64,000 nucleotides of DNA, taken from the NCBI GenBank assembly GCA_951406725.2, contig OX597819.1:114266001-114330000 (forward strand). The letters run 5' to 3'. Below, piece by piece: positions 1 through 12,688 of this stretch (its first letter is position 1; each line of letters opens with the position of its first letter). Source of the DNA: Octopus vulgaris. Taxonomy: Eukaryota. Below the pieces are notes generated by a model. That model was not told the DNA's origin. It worked only from the letters and a program-made list of their open reading frames with translations, and ran no database searches. The position numbers and the translations under genes are program-made.

Positions 1-3
1 TAA

Positions 4-128
4 GACTATCTGAAGAAGGAATTGTACTCCGAAATATTATCGGAGTATGGATAACTAAATTACAACAGGTATATAGTCCATTTTTCTTTTTATATTATAG
101 TGCATTGTTGTACCATTCAAACCTTTTT

Positions 129-132
<4 letters not shown>
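4..132 (+). mobile_element. 3' end of a (TA)n-flanked Penelope-like/retrozyme-like repeat with a degenerate hammerhead core
   Basis: CTGAAGA-AGGA-ATTGTAC-TCC-GAAAT-ATT-ATC at about 10-41, followed by a T-rich tail ending in (TA)n. Confidence 0.4.
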
Positions 133-163
<31 letters not shown>

Positions 164-423
164 AGAGGTAGAAACTGATCAGTCCGGGATATATCGTTAA
201 TGGTAAATGTTTTTGGTTTTCACTCTCGATGAATTTATCCCTTTTTTGTGTCCCTAGCACTTGGCATCCTTATTTGGGAGCCCTAATTATATTTCTAATG
301 AATAATATTTTTCTATATGAATAATATTTTTCTATATGAATAATATTTTGTCTAATGACTAATTCGTCTTTTGTGCTGGGCCACTGGTAGTAATCTATGT
401 TATTACCCTTTTTTGATTATATT

Positions 424-465
<42 letters not shown>

Positions 466-468
<3 letters not shown>

Positions 469-1668
469 CCCTCGACTATTGTGGCTCTAAACCTCCTGCG
501 ATAGGTGAAAATCTGCAAAGTATAAACAGTACTGTATATATTTTTTCTTATTATTTTTATAAACTTAAGCTTTTATAAACTCTCCCCACACTCCTAGGAG
601 TACCTATGTCTTCTCTTTTTTTGTGGGCGAGGAACATATCGATGGGTAGTTGCTGGCGCTGCCTTTTCTTGTGTGAGAAGGTTTTCATAAACTTCCACGG
701 TGCCGTCGATTGCATTTCTGAACTGCAATTCATGAACCATCTGGGGGTCTCAATCTTCCACCATTCTCTGAAGTTCTGCCATTTTTGCTAGAGTTGAGAG
801 GCATTCTAGTGATAGGCTGACTTCTTCTTCCCTTGGATCCTCTTGTTTTTCTTCTTCATCACTTGCTGACTTCATCATCTCTATCAGATCTTCATCTGTT
901 AACAGATCTGAGTGGACCTCGATCAGGTTATTAACATCTTCGGTAATCATATCAGGTCATGTCAGGGAAGTCACCTCCTTCTAGAAATTTTGCCAGCTTC
1001 ACTGACTTATCTACAGCAGAGTGGTGGATTTTGTCAGGAGAAAATCCTTTATAGTTGTGGACCGCTTCTGACCACAATTTCTTCCAGCTGACATTCAAAG
1101 TTTCATTCTTCATCTCCTTTATGGCCTTCTGAATATTTTGAAGACATGTTGCAATGGTGTACTCATACCAGTACTCCTTCAGCAAGAAGTTATCATCCAA
1201 GTCCATAGCTTTGACCAGGTGTTGCAGGGAGTTTCACATATAGAGCGCCTTAAAAACCTGAATAATGCCTTGATTCATGGGCTGGATCAGCGATATGGTG
1301 TTCAGCAATAAGGATTTGATTTGTACACCCTAATACAACAGGTCAAGCATGTAACCTCCAGTATTGTCCATTCGGAGAAGCACTTTGAATTCCAGTCCTT
1401 TTTTTGATGAGATAAACTTTGACTTCAAAGATGAAACACTGGTGAAACCAATCCGATGTCAGTGGTTTTGTTGTCCATGCCTTCTGGTTGTGCATCCAGT
1501 GCACTGGCAGCGGATTCTTAGTTTTGTTTTTGAGGGCCCTTGGGTTTTGGGACTTATAAAAAAGCCCTGGCTTTATCATAAAGCCTGCAACATTTCCACA
1601 CATTATAATTGTGACGTGATCTTTGTACACCTTAAATCCAGAGGCTCTGGCCTCCTCTTCATAATGAA
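466..1668 (-). mobile_element. Degenerate Tigger/pogo DNA transposon (DDE_1 transposase remnant)
   Basis: Minus-strand frames read GFKVYKDHVTIIMCGNVAG, LPVHWMHNQKAWTTKPLTSDWFHQCFI, IQPMNQGIIQVFKA-like and ETLNVSWKKLW, with frameshifts. A Tigger-like terminal sequence (aatccctcgactatt) sits at 466. Confidence 0.85.
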
Positions 1669-1695
1669 AGTGTATACACACACACATACATACAT

Positions 1696-2669
1696 CTTTG
1701 CTTTGCAGTTAAACCAGGTCAAATTAAAAATATGACTAGATGTCTGAAATTTGATTCCGATTCCCCTGTTGCAATCCTTAAAAGCATACCAAAGTAATGC
1801 AGCAAAATAAACAGAGAAAAGTGTAGGGGCAGGAATATCTCCCTGTTTGACACTGTTGTCCACTGAAAATTCATGAGATAGCTCAGCATCAAAGGACTAC
1901 CTGACCTTTCATGTTTCTGTGTTGTTTTTTAAATATGCTCACAAAATGTGTTGGACAACCAAGTTTACGCAAAACAATCCACAGTGCCTCCCTGTTTACC
2001 ATGTCAAATACATTAGTTAAATCTATAAAGACTTGGTATAGTGGCATTTGTTCCTCTAAGCATTTCTCTTGAACCTGCCTCACAAAAATTATCATGTCCA
2101 TTGTTCCTCACTCAGGTATGAAACTGCACTGTTTTTCAGGAATCACATGTGGACACACATTCTCAACAAGACGATCTAACATGATCCTTGAAAGTTTCTT
2201 ACTGGTATGTGCCAGAAGAATTATCCCTCTAGAATTACCACACACTGCTTTCAGGCCCTTACCTTTGTATACAGGGATCAGAATGCCATTTATCCATTCT
2301 TGTGGCACAGAAGATTCGCTCCAAACTCGACTTATCAGGCAATGAATTTTGGATGAAATTCGTTACCTGAAATACATTACCTGCTTTCAGAATTTCAACT
2401 AGAATACCATCCAATCCAGGAGCTTTACCTGATCTCAGTTTACATAATGCCAGATTTACTTCTTCAATGGAAGGTGTATCATCCATGTGTTGCACTACCT
2501 CTCTTTGCCTAATGTTGTTTATGACATCCATGTTCACTACAGATGGATTGTGGAAAAGATCTGCAAAGTGTTCTCTCCATCTATTCATTGTTCCAGAAGG
2601 ATCTTTAATAACCTCATTTCCATCTTTTGGCTTCAAGGGAACATACAATGATGAAGATTGCGATCCAAA
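1696..2669 (-). mobile_element. RTE-clade LINE ORF2 fragment, inverted 5' part
   Basis: RWREHFADL, SGKAPGLDGI, CGNSRGIILL, MDMIIFVRQVQEKCLE, VKQGDIPAPTLFSVYF; several frameshifts. Confidence 0.9.
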
Positions 2670-2818
2670 TGGCGTTAGGAAGGGCATCCAGCTGTAGAAA
2701 CTCTGCCAGATCAGATTGGAGCCTGTTGCAGCCATCTAGTTCGCCAGTCCTCAGTCAAATCGAACACCACTGCTAGCATGGAAAGCGGATGTTAAACGAT
2801 GATGATAATGATAATGAT
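2670..2818 (+). mobile_element. SINE fragment (Meta-SINE-like core, (GAT)n tail)
   Basis: ggcgttaggaagggcatccagctgtagaaac ... gcatggaaagcggatgttaaacgatgat; the same family recurs many times in the window. Confidence 0.75.
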
Positions 2819-3745
2819 GAGAATTACTTTATGCTGATGATGCTGATTTGTTGGCATACTCAGAGGGGGATATGCAACATTTAATGGACAGATTTTCCAC
2901 TGCATGTGTACATTTCAGACTCACAATTTGTTTGGGGAAAACCAAAGTAATGTTTACTCCCAAACAGGACAAACATATTCTGAACCAAACAATTTTGTGA
3001 ATGGAACAAGGTTAGAAGTTGTTGACACCTTTCTTTACCTTGGAAGCACACTGTCAAGAGATGGTAGTCTTGATGCAGAGATATACTATCAAATAGAGAA
3101 TAGAAGTGTTGCATTTGGAAAGCTTGAAAAGTGAGTATGGGCGGATAGAAGTATTTCCCTGCAAAAATCAGTGTCTATAAAGTGTGTGTATTGTCTGCAC
3201 TTCTTTATTCAAGTGAGACATGGACCACTTACAAGCGTCACATAAAAATGCTGGAGAGTGGGAATGTTTCATACCAGATACAGAGGTTTTGCACATGGCA
3301 TGTTGCAGCTCAATTGAACAACATGTTATCTGGACATGTTATTAGAATGAAAGACAAGTGTTTGGCAAAGCAACTGTTTTATGGTGAGCTCAATTCTGGT
3401 AAGTGACCACAACATAAGTCGAGGAAAAGGTATTAAGACTGTGTGAAGGAAAACCTGGAGAAACTACATATGAACAAAAGTGATCGGAACAAGTGGAGAG
3501 ATGCTATTAGTACTGGTTGTAATGTCTGGGAGGAAAAGATGATTCAGTACTCTGAACTTAAAAGGACCTGCCGCAAAGGGACAATTAGAACTGTAATCAA
3601 CAGTGAAACAAGGGTATTTATTATATGTGATTGTGTTCTGTTGTCAAAAGCAAGATACGTGAACCATATGAAGTCACATGAAAATCATAATGCCCAACCG
3701 CCTTTTACAACTTGTGTCATATGTCAAAAAACTTGTAAGACAATA
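2819..3745 (+). mobile_element. RTE-clade LINE ORF2 3' part
   Basis: ELLYADDADLLA (RT catalytic YADD), FLYLGSTLS, LLYSSETWTTY, KQLFYGEL and C-terminal Cys/His motifs. Confidence 0.9.
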
Positions 3746-4052
3746 CCTTACTCCATATATATATTAGTGAGGGTGCATGGCTAGTGGTTAGGGTGTTGCA
3801 CTCATGATCATGAGATCGTGATTTCAGTTCCTAGACTGGGTGGTGTGTTGAGCAAAATGCTTCATCTCATGTTGCTCTGCAACCACTTCGACACCTGACA
3901 TGAGGTACACCATACACCTGTTCAGACAACAGCAATTTGATGGAGGGAGTGAGCTAATGTGCAACACATACATTTGATCATTGTAAGCAAATCCTTTGTG
4001 CAGGTCATTCTGCAAAAACTGAACACTTGTACATCATCTTCAAAGGGAGAGT

Positions 4053-4081
<29 letters not shown>

Positions 4082-4083
<2 letters not shown>

Positions 4084-4246
4084 CATCATCATCATAATCA
4101 TCGTTTAACGTCCGCTTTCGATGCTGGCATGGGTTGGATGGTTTGACTTGAGGACTGGCAAGTATATCTCTGCACCAGGCTCCAATCTGATCTGGTAGAG
4201 TTTCTACAGCTGGATGTCCTTCCTAATGCCAACCACTCCAAGAGTG
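4082..4246 (-). mobile_element. SINE fragment (Meta-SINE-like family)
   Basis: Reverse complement of the 2670-2818 family. Confidence 0.7.
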
Positions 4247-4282
4247 TATATATGTATAGTTATATATATATATATATATATG

Positions 4283-4371
<89 letters not shown>

Positions 4372-4519
4372 ATACTCTCGCTTGCTTTCTCTTACACGGA
4401 AGTTGCTGTACTCCTCGGTATGATATGATGTATACAGACCAGATACAAAGAGTTTGTGTCTTTGAAACGCTTCCTTCAAAAGCGAAACGAATATGCTGCT
4501 ATATATATATGTGTCTGGT

Positions 4520-4572
<53 letters not shown>

Positions 4573-4583
4573 ATATGGACAAG

Positions 4584-5004
4584 AGGGAAAAACAATGACG
4601 AGGTCGTGACAAATGTCGTACAATGTTATGATACAACAACACATACCTGTAGCATCGTAAAGAATGGTCTTCCTGCAAATGACATGTGCCTCAGTGCCGT
4701 GGTATTGAACTCTCAGATATACGTGGTAGGGCTTGAAGGTGTATTTCGTTACACACCACTAACCGGAAACTGGGACATTCTCCCCGAAATGAGATGCGCC
4801 CGTGACTTTGTTAGCTTGGCTGTGCTGGGTGAGAAAATCTATTTATTTGGGGGCCGGTGCAGGGGGTCAAAAGAGAACCTTTATTCTGATCTGATAGAAG
4901 TGTACAACTCCAAAGACAACTCATGGGATGTTGTTGGCAAGATCCCTGTGCCAATGTATTCATATGGTTGTGTGAAAATATTTCTCAGTCAAACAAATAC
5001 ATAA
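4584..5004 (+). CDS. Terminal coding exon of a kelch-repeat (KLHL-like) protein
   Basis: (G)[16 protein letters not shown]...[14 protein letters not shown]...[28 protein letters not shown]...[18 protein letters not shown] forms about three kelch blades, ending at TAA 5002-5004. The acceptor AG (4582-4583) is weak, so the 5' boundary is uncertain. Confidence 0.85.
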
Positions 5005-5306
5005 AAATCAACACAAATTCTTTATATATTGATATGTGAGTGAGTGTGTGACTGTGAGCATGTGTGTGCTTATATGTTTGTGGTTGTATATATATAAAGA
5101 TTACCAAAATACAAACCATCATGGAATGTATCCAAAACAATGTCTTACCTGCAGTGTGTTTAGGACAATTCTGCACAATGTGATATTTCTTTAATAATGA
5201 TTCAGGGAAAAGTCCACGGCAGTTTTTCACTGCTTTTCTCCCTTCACCTCCACCCCTTTTGTGGCTTCTATTGTATTCTGTTGGGTTTCATTTTATTTCT
5301 TTTTAA

Positions 5307-5674
5307 TGTGGGCACGTAACAAGCACCATCCGATCGTGGCCGTTTTGCCAGCCTCATCTGGCACCTGTGTCGGTGGCACATAAAAACACCATCCGAGCGT
5401 GGCCGTCTGCCAGCCTCGTCTGGCACCTGTGTCGGTGGCACATAAAAAACACCATCCGAGCGTGGCCGTTTGCCAGCCTCGTCTGGCACCTGTGTCGGTG
5501 GCACATAAAATCACCCACTACACTCTCGGAGTGGTTGGCGTTAGGAAGGGCATCCAGCTGTAGAAACACTGCCAGATCTGACTGGTGCAGCTTTCGGGCT
5601 CCCCAGACCCCAGTTGAACCGTCCAACCCATGCTAGCATGGAAAGCGGACGTTAAATGATGATGTTGATGATGA

Positions 5675-5677
<3 letters not shown>
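5307..5677 (+). mobile_element. Meta-SINE-like element with an internal 58-59 bp tandem repeat
   Basis: About 3.5 copies of caccatccgagcgtggccgt..gccagcctcgtctggcacctgtgtcggtggcacataaaa, then the ggcgttaggaagggcatccag core and a (GAT)n tail. Confidence 0.8.
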
Positions 5678-5767
<90 letters not shown>

Positions 5768-6605
5768 TATACACACACGTGTATGTGTTTGTCCCCTACC
5801 ACCACCAGACAATCAGTGTTAGTTTGCCTACATTCCCGCAAATAAGGTACTGGGGGTCAATCTGTTTGATTAAAACACTTCAAAATAGTGCCCCAGCATG
5901 GCCACACTCCAATGACTGAAACAAGCAAAGCATAAACGATGCTGTCATTTAATTTTGTATGTATGTTATTGTCATTGTTGTTGTTTGCTCCAGAGAATCT
6001 CTGATTAAGCAGATCTGTGATCAGAACCAGTTAATTTCTGATCATAGGAAATTATTTGATGCAGTTATTCTTTGTTTAAACTAAAATGGCTTTGATTTGT
6101 ACTCCACACCATCCTTTTACTGTTTATTGCCTTATTTGCAGATAAAAGTAAGAATGTCATCATGTCTCAGTGTTACATCATTGTATTATGACAATATTGC
6201 ATCTGCTCACTTGTACCCACTGTTATGTTAACATTACCTGAATTGCTCCTACTACCACCACTACCACCTTCCCCATTTTGACTTACTTTCTCTATTCAAC
6301 ACATACACTCAGCCACTTTCAAACACCTAATCCCTTCAGGGCACGACCAACATTAGCTCTCTACTCAACCCACTCTTCTCTGACAGAAACCTATGACTCT
6401 CACCCACTTCCATTCCATCATTACTCACAAAGTTACTTATCTAAGCATACATTTTTGTTCTCCTTCATCTATCGATGTTAACAAAGGACAAATCTTGCCA
6501 CTTAAGTTTGCAGTCTACCTGATCATTTACACTTTAGCATGCAGTCTAACCCTATCTCAAAACTCTAACCCCTAACTCATAAACCTAACCTTAACTCTAA
6601 ACCCT

Positions 6606-7082
6606 TATAATAGAAGGCAAGGTTTACGATATCAGGAGAATATCACCTTCTCCCATTATATTTTGTTCTTCGTGTAGTTCAGGCTCCGGCAGGTAAAGAA
6701 AGGAGTCTTTAAATACAAATGCAATTTACTACTGGTTTATTTACAAGTTTCACAGAACAGGTGAAGTGTGTTGCTCTCAGAAACCATCTCGAGCTGTGTG
6801 CGTTTGTGTTGTATTTCCATTGGTGCAGGCACATTGCCTCTGGAGGTACAACATGCAGACAGGCCCAGCCAGTGAAGTGTGCTCAGCAAGCGCTGCTGCA
6901 TAGAAGCAGAGAGAGAGAATCTGTTTCTGTTTTGCCCTTATAAACAGTTTGCCATTGCAAGCGCTCGTTGTGATCTCATGCATGGCAAATGGATGCAGGT
7001 GAGGTCTCGCTCCAATCTCAGAGATGGCAATGGCTGCTGCAAGATCTCATCCAATATGGCACTGACTGCTTGTGCCGCTACA
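6606..7082 (-). mobile_element. Putative solo LTR
   Basis: Minus strand begins TGTAGCG and ends CTATTATA (degenerate ..ACA). It contains TATAAG followed by (CT)n and an AGTAAA/ATTTAAAG signal. Flanks ccct/ctct form an imperfect 4-bp TSD. Confidence 0.45.
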
Positions 7083-7337
7083 CTCTAACCCTAATCCTAA
7101 CATAGGGCAAGTCATTTCACAGCATAGACTACAAATACTATGGTAGACCACATTGTAAAGTAGCAATGGACCAATTGTCCCAAATGTTATTATCTCTTCC
7201 TCTCCTTCACTGCTTGAACCTTTTGACACTGACTCACATGAGATTGCTCCTGGTCCTATGTAGAAACTTTCTTTTTTAAAATAATCTAAAGCAAAATTTT
7301 CCAGCAAAATTTCATGTATATTTATGTTTCAAATACA

Positions 7338-7519
7338 TAGGTGCAGAAGTGGCTGTGTGGTAAGTAGCTTGCTTACCAACCATATAGTTCCAGGTTCAGT
7401 CCCACTACATGGTACCTTGGGCAAGTGTCTTCTACTATAGCCTCGAGCCGACCAAAGCCTTGTGACTTGTGAGTGGATATGGTAGACGGAAACTGAAAGA
7501 AGCCCGTCGTATATATGTA

Positions 7520-7572
<53 letters not shown>

Positions 7573-7795
7573 ATATGTTTGTGTGTATGTGTTTGTCCCC
7601 CCAACATCGCTTGACAACCGATGTTGGTGTGTTTATGTCCCTGTAATTTGGAGATTCGGCAAAAGAGATCGATAGTATAAGTACTAGGCTTACAAAGAAT
7701 AAGTCCTGGGGTCGATTAGCTCGACTAAAGGTGGTGCTCCAGCATGGCCACGGTCAAATGACTGAAACAAGTAAAAGAGAAAAAGAGTAAGAGAG
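7338..7795 (+). mobile_element. tRNA-derived SINE, family A
   Basis: A box (gtggctgtgtggt), B box (ggttcagtccc), accttgggcaagt core, internal (TA)n(TG)n and an aaagagta tail. Confidence 0.85.
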
Positions 7796-8212
7796 ACTTA
7801 ATAATCCTTTCTGCTCCTTCCCCCAAAATTTAATGTACAGGCATGAAATCTTAGAAGAAGGAGCTAGTCACTTATACTAGCCCCTGTGCTTAACTGGTAT
7901 TCAATTTTGGAAGAATGAAAGGCAAAGTCGGTCCCCGTCAGAATTTGAACTCAGAACATAAAGATGGATGAAATGCTGCTAAGCATTTTGCCCAGCACAC
8001 TAACGATTCTGCCAGTTTGCTGCCTTAACACAAGCTTAATAAAGGCAAGGTTACTTTGGTAAATTCTTAATTATTTTCAAAATTAATTTAAGCAAAGGTA
8101 TTGTGTTTCAACAGAAATCATCATCATCATCATCATCATCATTTAATGTCCCTTTTTCAATGCTGTCATGCTTTGGCTTGTTTGACAGAAACTGACAAAC
8201 CAGAGGGCTGCA

Positions 8213-8702
8213 CCCTCCATCAGGCATTTGCCATGTTCTGAACGCCTTACTTCCCTGGGCATGGACACATTGAAACTCTGATGTGGTGGCAGCTGACTTG
8301 GCAGACACCCATAAAATTATTAACCATCTTACAAACAATAACTCTGAGCACCTTTTCAAACTCCACCCGTCTAACACCCGTGGACATATTTACAAAGTCA
8401 GAAAACAGCACAGCTCCCATGACTTTCGGAAACATTTTTTCACGCTGAGAGTTGCTGAAGCATGGAACAAACTGCTGGCATCAGTTGTTAGTTGTCAGAG
8501 CACTGCATCCGTCAAAACTTCCATGCTTCCTGAGATTCGCCAACACTACACCTGATTTTCTCTCCTCCATACACATGCAAGCATGTATCTGACTCATACA
8601 TTGTTCGCTTTCCAGACATTTGTACATTACTGCATATGCTTTATACGCTCTTTTGACAAGTTGTGGTGCACCTGAGCACTGTATACAATAATTTCATTAT
8701 TA
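8213..8702 (+). mobile_element. CR1-clade LINE 3' fragment
   Basis: SNTRGHIYK..FRKHFFTLRVAEAWNKL; nearly identical to 17320-17790. Confidence 0.85.
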
Positions 8703-9393
8703 TAAGTTCCAATATCTGCTTCAATGTAGTTTCTGCAACTGGATGCCTTTCTTAGTGCCAAGCAATTACTCACAAGACAAGACACCTTAATTCCTCAACT
8801 GAATGAGTTATAGTAGTGAAGGGTGTGAAAATGTGAATGAGGGACATGAACAGGTGTCATGCTGAAGAGGTGAATCCATGGCTACCCTAGCTGGAGAGAG
8901 AGAGAGGGGGGGGAGAGGGATGGAGGGAGAGAGTGAAATTACTTTACTTATCATTACTATCTATGTGAAATTATTTCTTCCCCTGTTTTAACACAAATTT
9001 GGGATGGTTGGCACCTAAAGATAACATGTGGGGGCCAATAACCAAAGCATTGCAATTCAATCTAGTTTGTTTCACAAGAACCAAGAATAAACTTGTGGAG
9101 AGTTCTCAATTTACTTCTAATTTCACTATGGAATTGGGCCCACAAATGCCTTATGAACAGCTTAGGATGAGAATCCGACCAATTTTATTGATATCTTACA
9201 TAAAAAAAATTGTAAAGAAATACAAACCCACACACTCAGATATATTTTTCAAAACATGAAAGACAAAATTCAATAAACAAACAGATGGATCTTTTTAGTT
9301 GCTGTCACAGAATTGTAAATTTTAAAATTAAGTGAAAATTTTCAATTTTGGAATACTGATGCAAGTTTCAAAAAGAAATTTAGAAAAATGCTA

Positions 9394-9765
9394 CAGGTGC
9401 AGGATGGCTGTGTGGTAAGTAGCTTGCTTACCAACCACATGGCTCCGGGTTCATTCCCACTGCATGGCACCTTGGGCAGGTGTCTTCTACTATAGCCTCG
9501 GGCCGACCAAAGCCTTGTGAGTGGATTTGGTAGACAGAAACTGTAAGAAGCCTGTTGTATATATATGTATGTGTGTGTATATGTTTGTGTGTCTGTTTGT
9601 CCCCCAACATCATTTGACAACCGATGCTGGTGTGTTTTCATCCCCATAACTTAGCGGTTCAGCAAAAGAGACCAATAGAATAAGTACTAGGCTTCCAAAG
9701 AATAAGTCCTGGGGTCGATTTGCTGCAGTCAAATGACTGAAACAAGTAAAAGAGAACAAAAGAGA
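9394..9765 (+). mobile_element. tRNA-derived SINE, family A
   Basis: Same sequence family as 7338-7795. Confidence 0.85.
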
Positions 9766-10184
9766 GTGGTTAAAAGGTTTGATAATTTTTGGCTATGTCA
9801 AAACTTGTGGTGGTGGTTGAGGTGGGAAAGTGTCACAGTCACACACTTACAGCATCCTTATGACAATGAAACAAATCAGGCTACAGCTTTGCTTGTTACT
9901 ATGGAAACAGCCACTAATGTGAGATTTATGATCATGTGTAAAATGGTGGCTTTCAATTGGCTAGAATTTGCTAACTTTAACAGCCATTTACTTTTCCTTT
10001 ATTAATTTATGGCAAAAATTAACTTCATTTTATAATTGACACACAAAGCTAAACTGGTATACAAAATTTGAAAATAATTGGAAAAAAATTATGGAAAAAG
10101 TATATAATCTGTGATGGCGGGTGAAAAAATTCAACAGATGTTTCTAACTTAACAAAACAATCACTCAGCCATGGAAAGTATTCT

Positions 10185-11545
10185 GGTAAGATAGCTGCAG
10201 AAGAAATACCTAGCCAAAGATAAACCCCTGTACCTGGCTTTCATTGCCAGAGAAAGCCTTTGACAGCCCCCCCCCCCCCCGATCCCTTATCTGGTGGTCA
10301 ATGAGGAAACTAGAGATAGATGAATGGTTAGTGAGAGCCATGCAAGCCATGTACAGGGACTCTGTCAGTAAGGTGAGGGTTAGCAACTGAAGAATTCATT
10401 GTAGAGGTAGGGGTCCACCAAGGTTCAGTCCTCAGCTCCCCCCTATTTATCATAGTCCTCCGGGCAATAACGGAGGAATTCAAGACATGATGCCCCTGGG
10501 AGATCCTCTATGCTGATGACCTTGCTCTAATTGCTGAGTCACTATCAGAACTAGAGGAGAAGTTTCAAGTGTGGAAACAAGGATTAGAATCGAAGGGCTT
10601 TAGAGTCAACCTAGCTAAAACCAAAGTCCTAATAAGTAGGGAGGCAGGAAAACCACAAATCCCTTCAGGTAGATGGCCCTGCTCAATCTGTAGAAAGGCA
10701 TAGGTAGAAACTCTATTAGATGTACCCAGCGTAAGCTATGGACACATAAGAGGTGCAGTAATATCGAAGGAAGGCTAACTGGGAAGATAGTTTTTGTATG
10801 TGGCAGATGCTCAGGAGCAATAAACACTGAAAATGCACAGAGAACAACTTCCGCCACATTCCAGGGAGAAAAACTAGAAGTAGTTGATAGCTTCCGTTAC
10901 CTGGGTGACCAAGCCTGTAGCAGGGGAGGGTGCGCTGAAAGTGTAGCTGCTAGAATAAGAATAGCCTGGGCAAAGTTCAGAGAGCTGGTGACAAAGGGCC
11001 CCTCGCTCAGAGTAAAAGGTAGACTGTATGACGCATGTGTATGAACAGCCATGCTACATGGCAGTGAAACATGGGCTGTGACTGCTGAGGATATGCATAA
11101 GCTCACAAGGAAAGAAACTAGTATGATCTGATGGATGTGTAATGTCAGTGTGCATACTCGACAGAGTGTAAGTACCTTGAGAAAATAGTCGACCTAAGAA
11201 GCATCAGATGTGGTGTGCAAGAGAGACGACTGTGCTGGTACGGTCATGTGGCGAGAATGGATGAGGATAGCTGTGTGAAAAAGTGCCACACCCTAGCGGT
11301 TAAGGGAACCTGTGGAAGAGGTAGACCCAGGAAGACCTGGGATGAAGTGGTGACGCACGACCTTTGAACTTTAGGCCTCACCAAGGAAATGACTAGTGAC
11401 CAAGACTTTTGGAAATATGCTGTGCTTGAGAAGACCCAGCAAACCAAATGAGACCATAACCTGTGGCCAGGGGCGTAACCAGCCCACTTATGCATACCTT
11501 TTCCTTCTTTGGACACTAAACTCTGCATGCAAAGATCTGTTGAGG
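10185..11545 (+). mobile_element. RTE-clade LINE, 5'-truncated and degenerate
   Basis: QEKYLAKDKPLYLAF, GVHQGSVLS, PWEILYADDL, FRYLGD, MLHGSETWA, RGRPRKTWDEVV; stops and frameshifts. Confidence 0.9.
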
Positions 11546-11607
11546 CAAAAATAATATTTATAAATAATATATATATGCATATATATATATATGTTTATAT
11601 ATATATA

Positions 11608-11899
11608 TGGGTACAGGACGTCACCAACAGTAAACAACTTGACATACGAAAATAAATGAGTTCAATATGCAAACAATGAGAGAAACAAATGAAAAACAGT
11701 TCAAGTAACATAAAGAATGACCCTTCATCAGTTGTCAGCTGACTATCTACTCCTCATTTCAAGCATTGAATGACAATATGAGTCTTCGAAGTCAGTTGCC
11801 CCCATAAGTAGCAAAATAAAATTTGGAATCTAAGGAGGGTCAAAGTTAGGGACAAAAACATGACAGTGATGGGGGGACAAACACAGACAAAAATAACAA

Positions 11900-11900
<1 letters not shown>
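11608..11900 (-). mobile_element. (TA)n-flanked non-coding repeat, Penelope-terminal-like
   Basis: Bounded by (TA)n and (CA)n; the minus strand carries CTGATGAAGGG followed by a T-rich tail. Confidence 0.35.
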
Positions 11901-11961
<61 letters not shown>

Positions 11962-12040
11962 GTATACATACATACATACATACACACACACGCACACACA
12001 CACGCACACACATACATACATACATACATACATACATACA

Positions 12041-12075
<35 letters not shown>

Positions 12076-12472
12076 GTATGTATATATATATAAAAGGATC
12101 TTCAGATGTTGGGCCTTACTGAAATGATGACAAAGAACCAAGACTTCTAGTGATTTGCTGTGCTTGAGAAAACATGTCAAGCTAAGTGAACTTGTGACCA
12201 TTCATTAATACTGGCATGTCCTTTATGATAATGCCCCCCCTCCCCCACCGCTCACTCCGTCTCTCAGCTGAGAGGACCTTGACTTTCAGGCTCACATGTG
12301 CTGGTGCCATGTAAAAAGCGCCTGTTTCAGTGTCACATAAAAAGCACGCATGCCAGAGTCATATAGAAATACCTGTGCCAGTGCTCTGTGAAAGTAACCA
12401 TGCTGGTGCCACATATAGAACACTCATGCCAGCATCATGCATGAAGCAGCCATATCTATTTCTTTACTACCC

Positions 12473-12688
12473 ACAAGGGGCTAAGCACAGGGAGGACAAA
12501 CAAGGTCAGACAAACGGATTAAGTTGATTATATCGACCCCAGTGCGTAACTGGTACTTATTTAATCGACCCCCGAAAGGATGAAAGGCAAAGTCGACCTC
12601 GGCGGAATTTGAACTCAGAACGTAACGGTAGACGAAATACAGCAATGCATTTCGCCCGGCGTGCTAACGTTTCTGCCAACTTGCCGCC
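12473..12688 (-). mobile_element. tRNA-derived SINE, family B (Nin/Deu-domain-like)
   Basis: Reverse of ggcggc..ggcagaaacgttagcacgccgggcgaa..gagttcaaattccgccgaggtcgactttgcctttcatcctttcggggtcgat. Confidence 0.85.

Noticed and set aside
5307-5510. Regularly spaced 58-59 bp repeats resembling a CRISPR array
   Set aside because: No unique spacers, no cas genes, eukaryotic context; part of a SINE.
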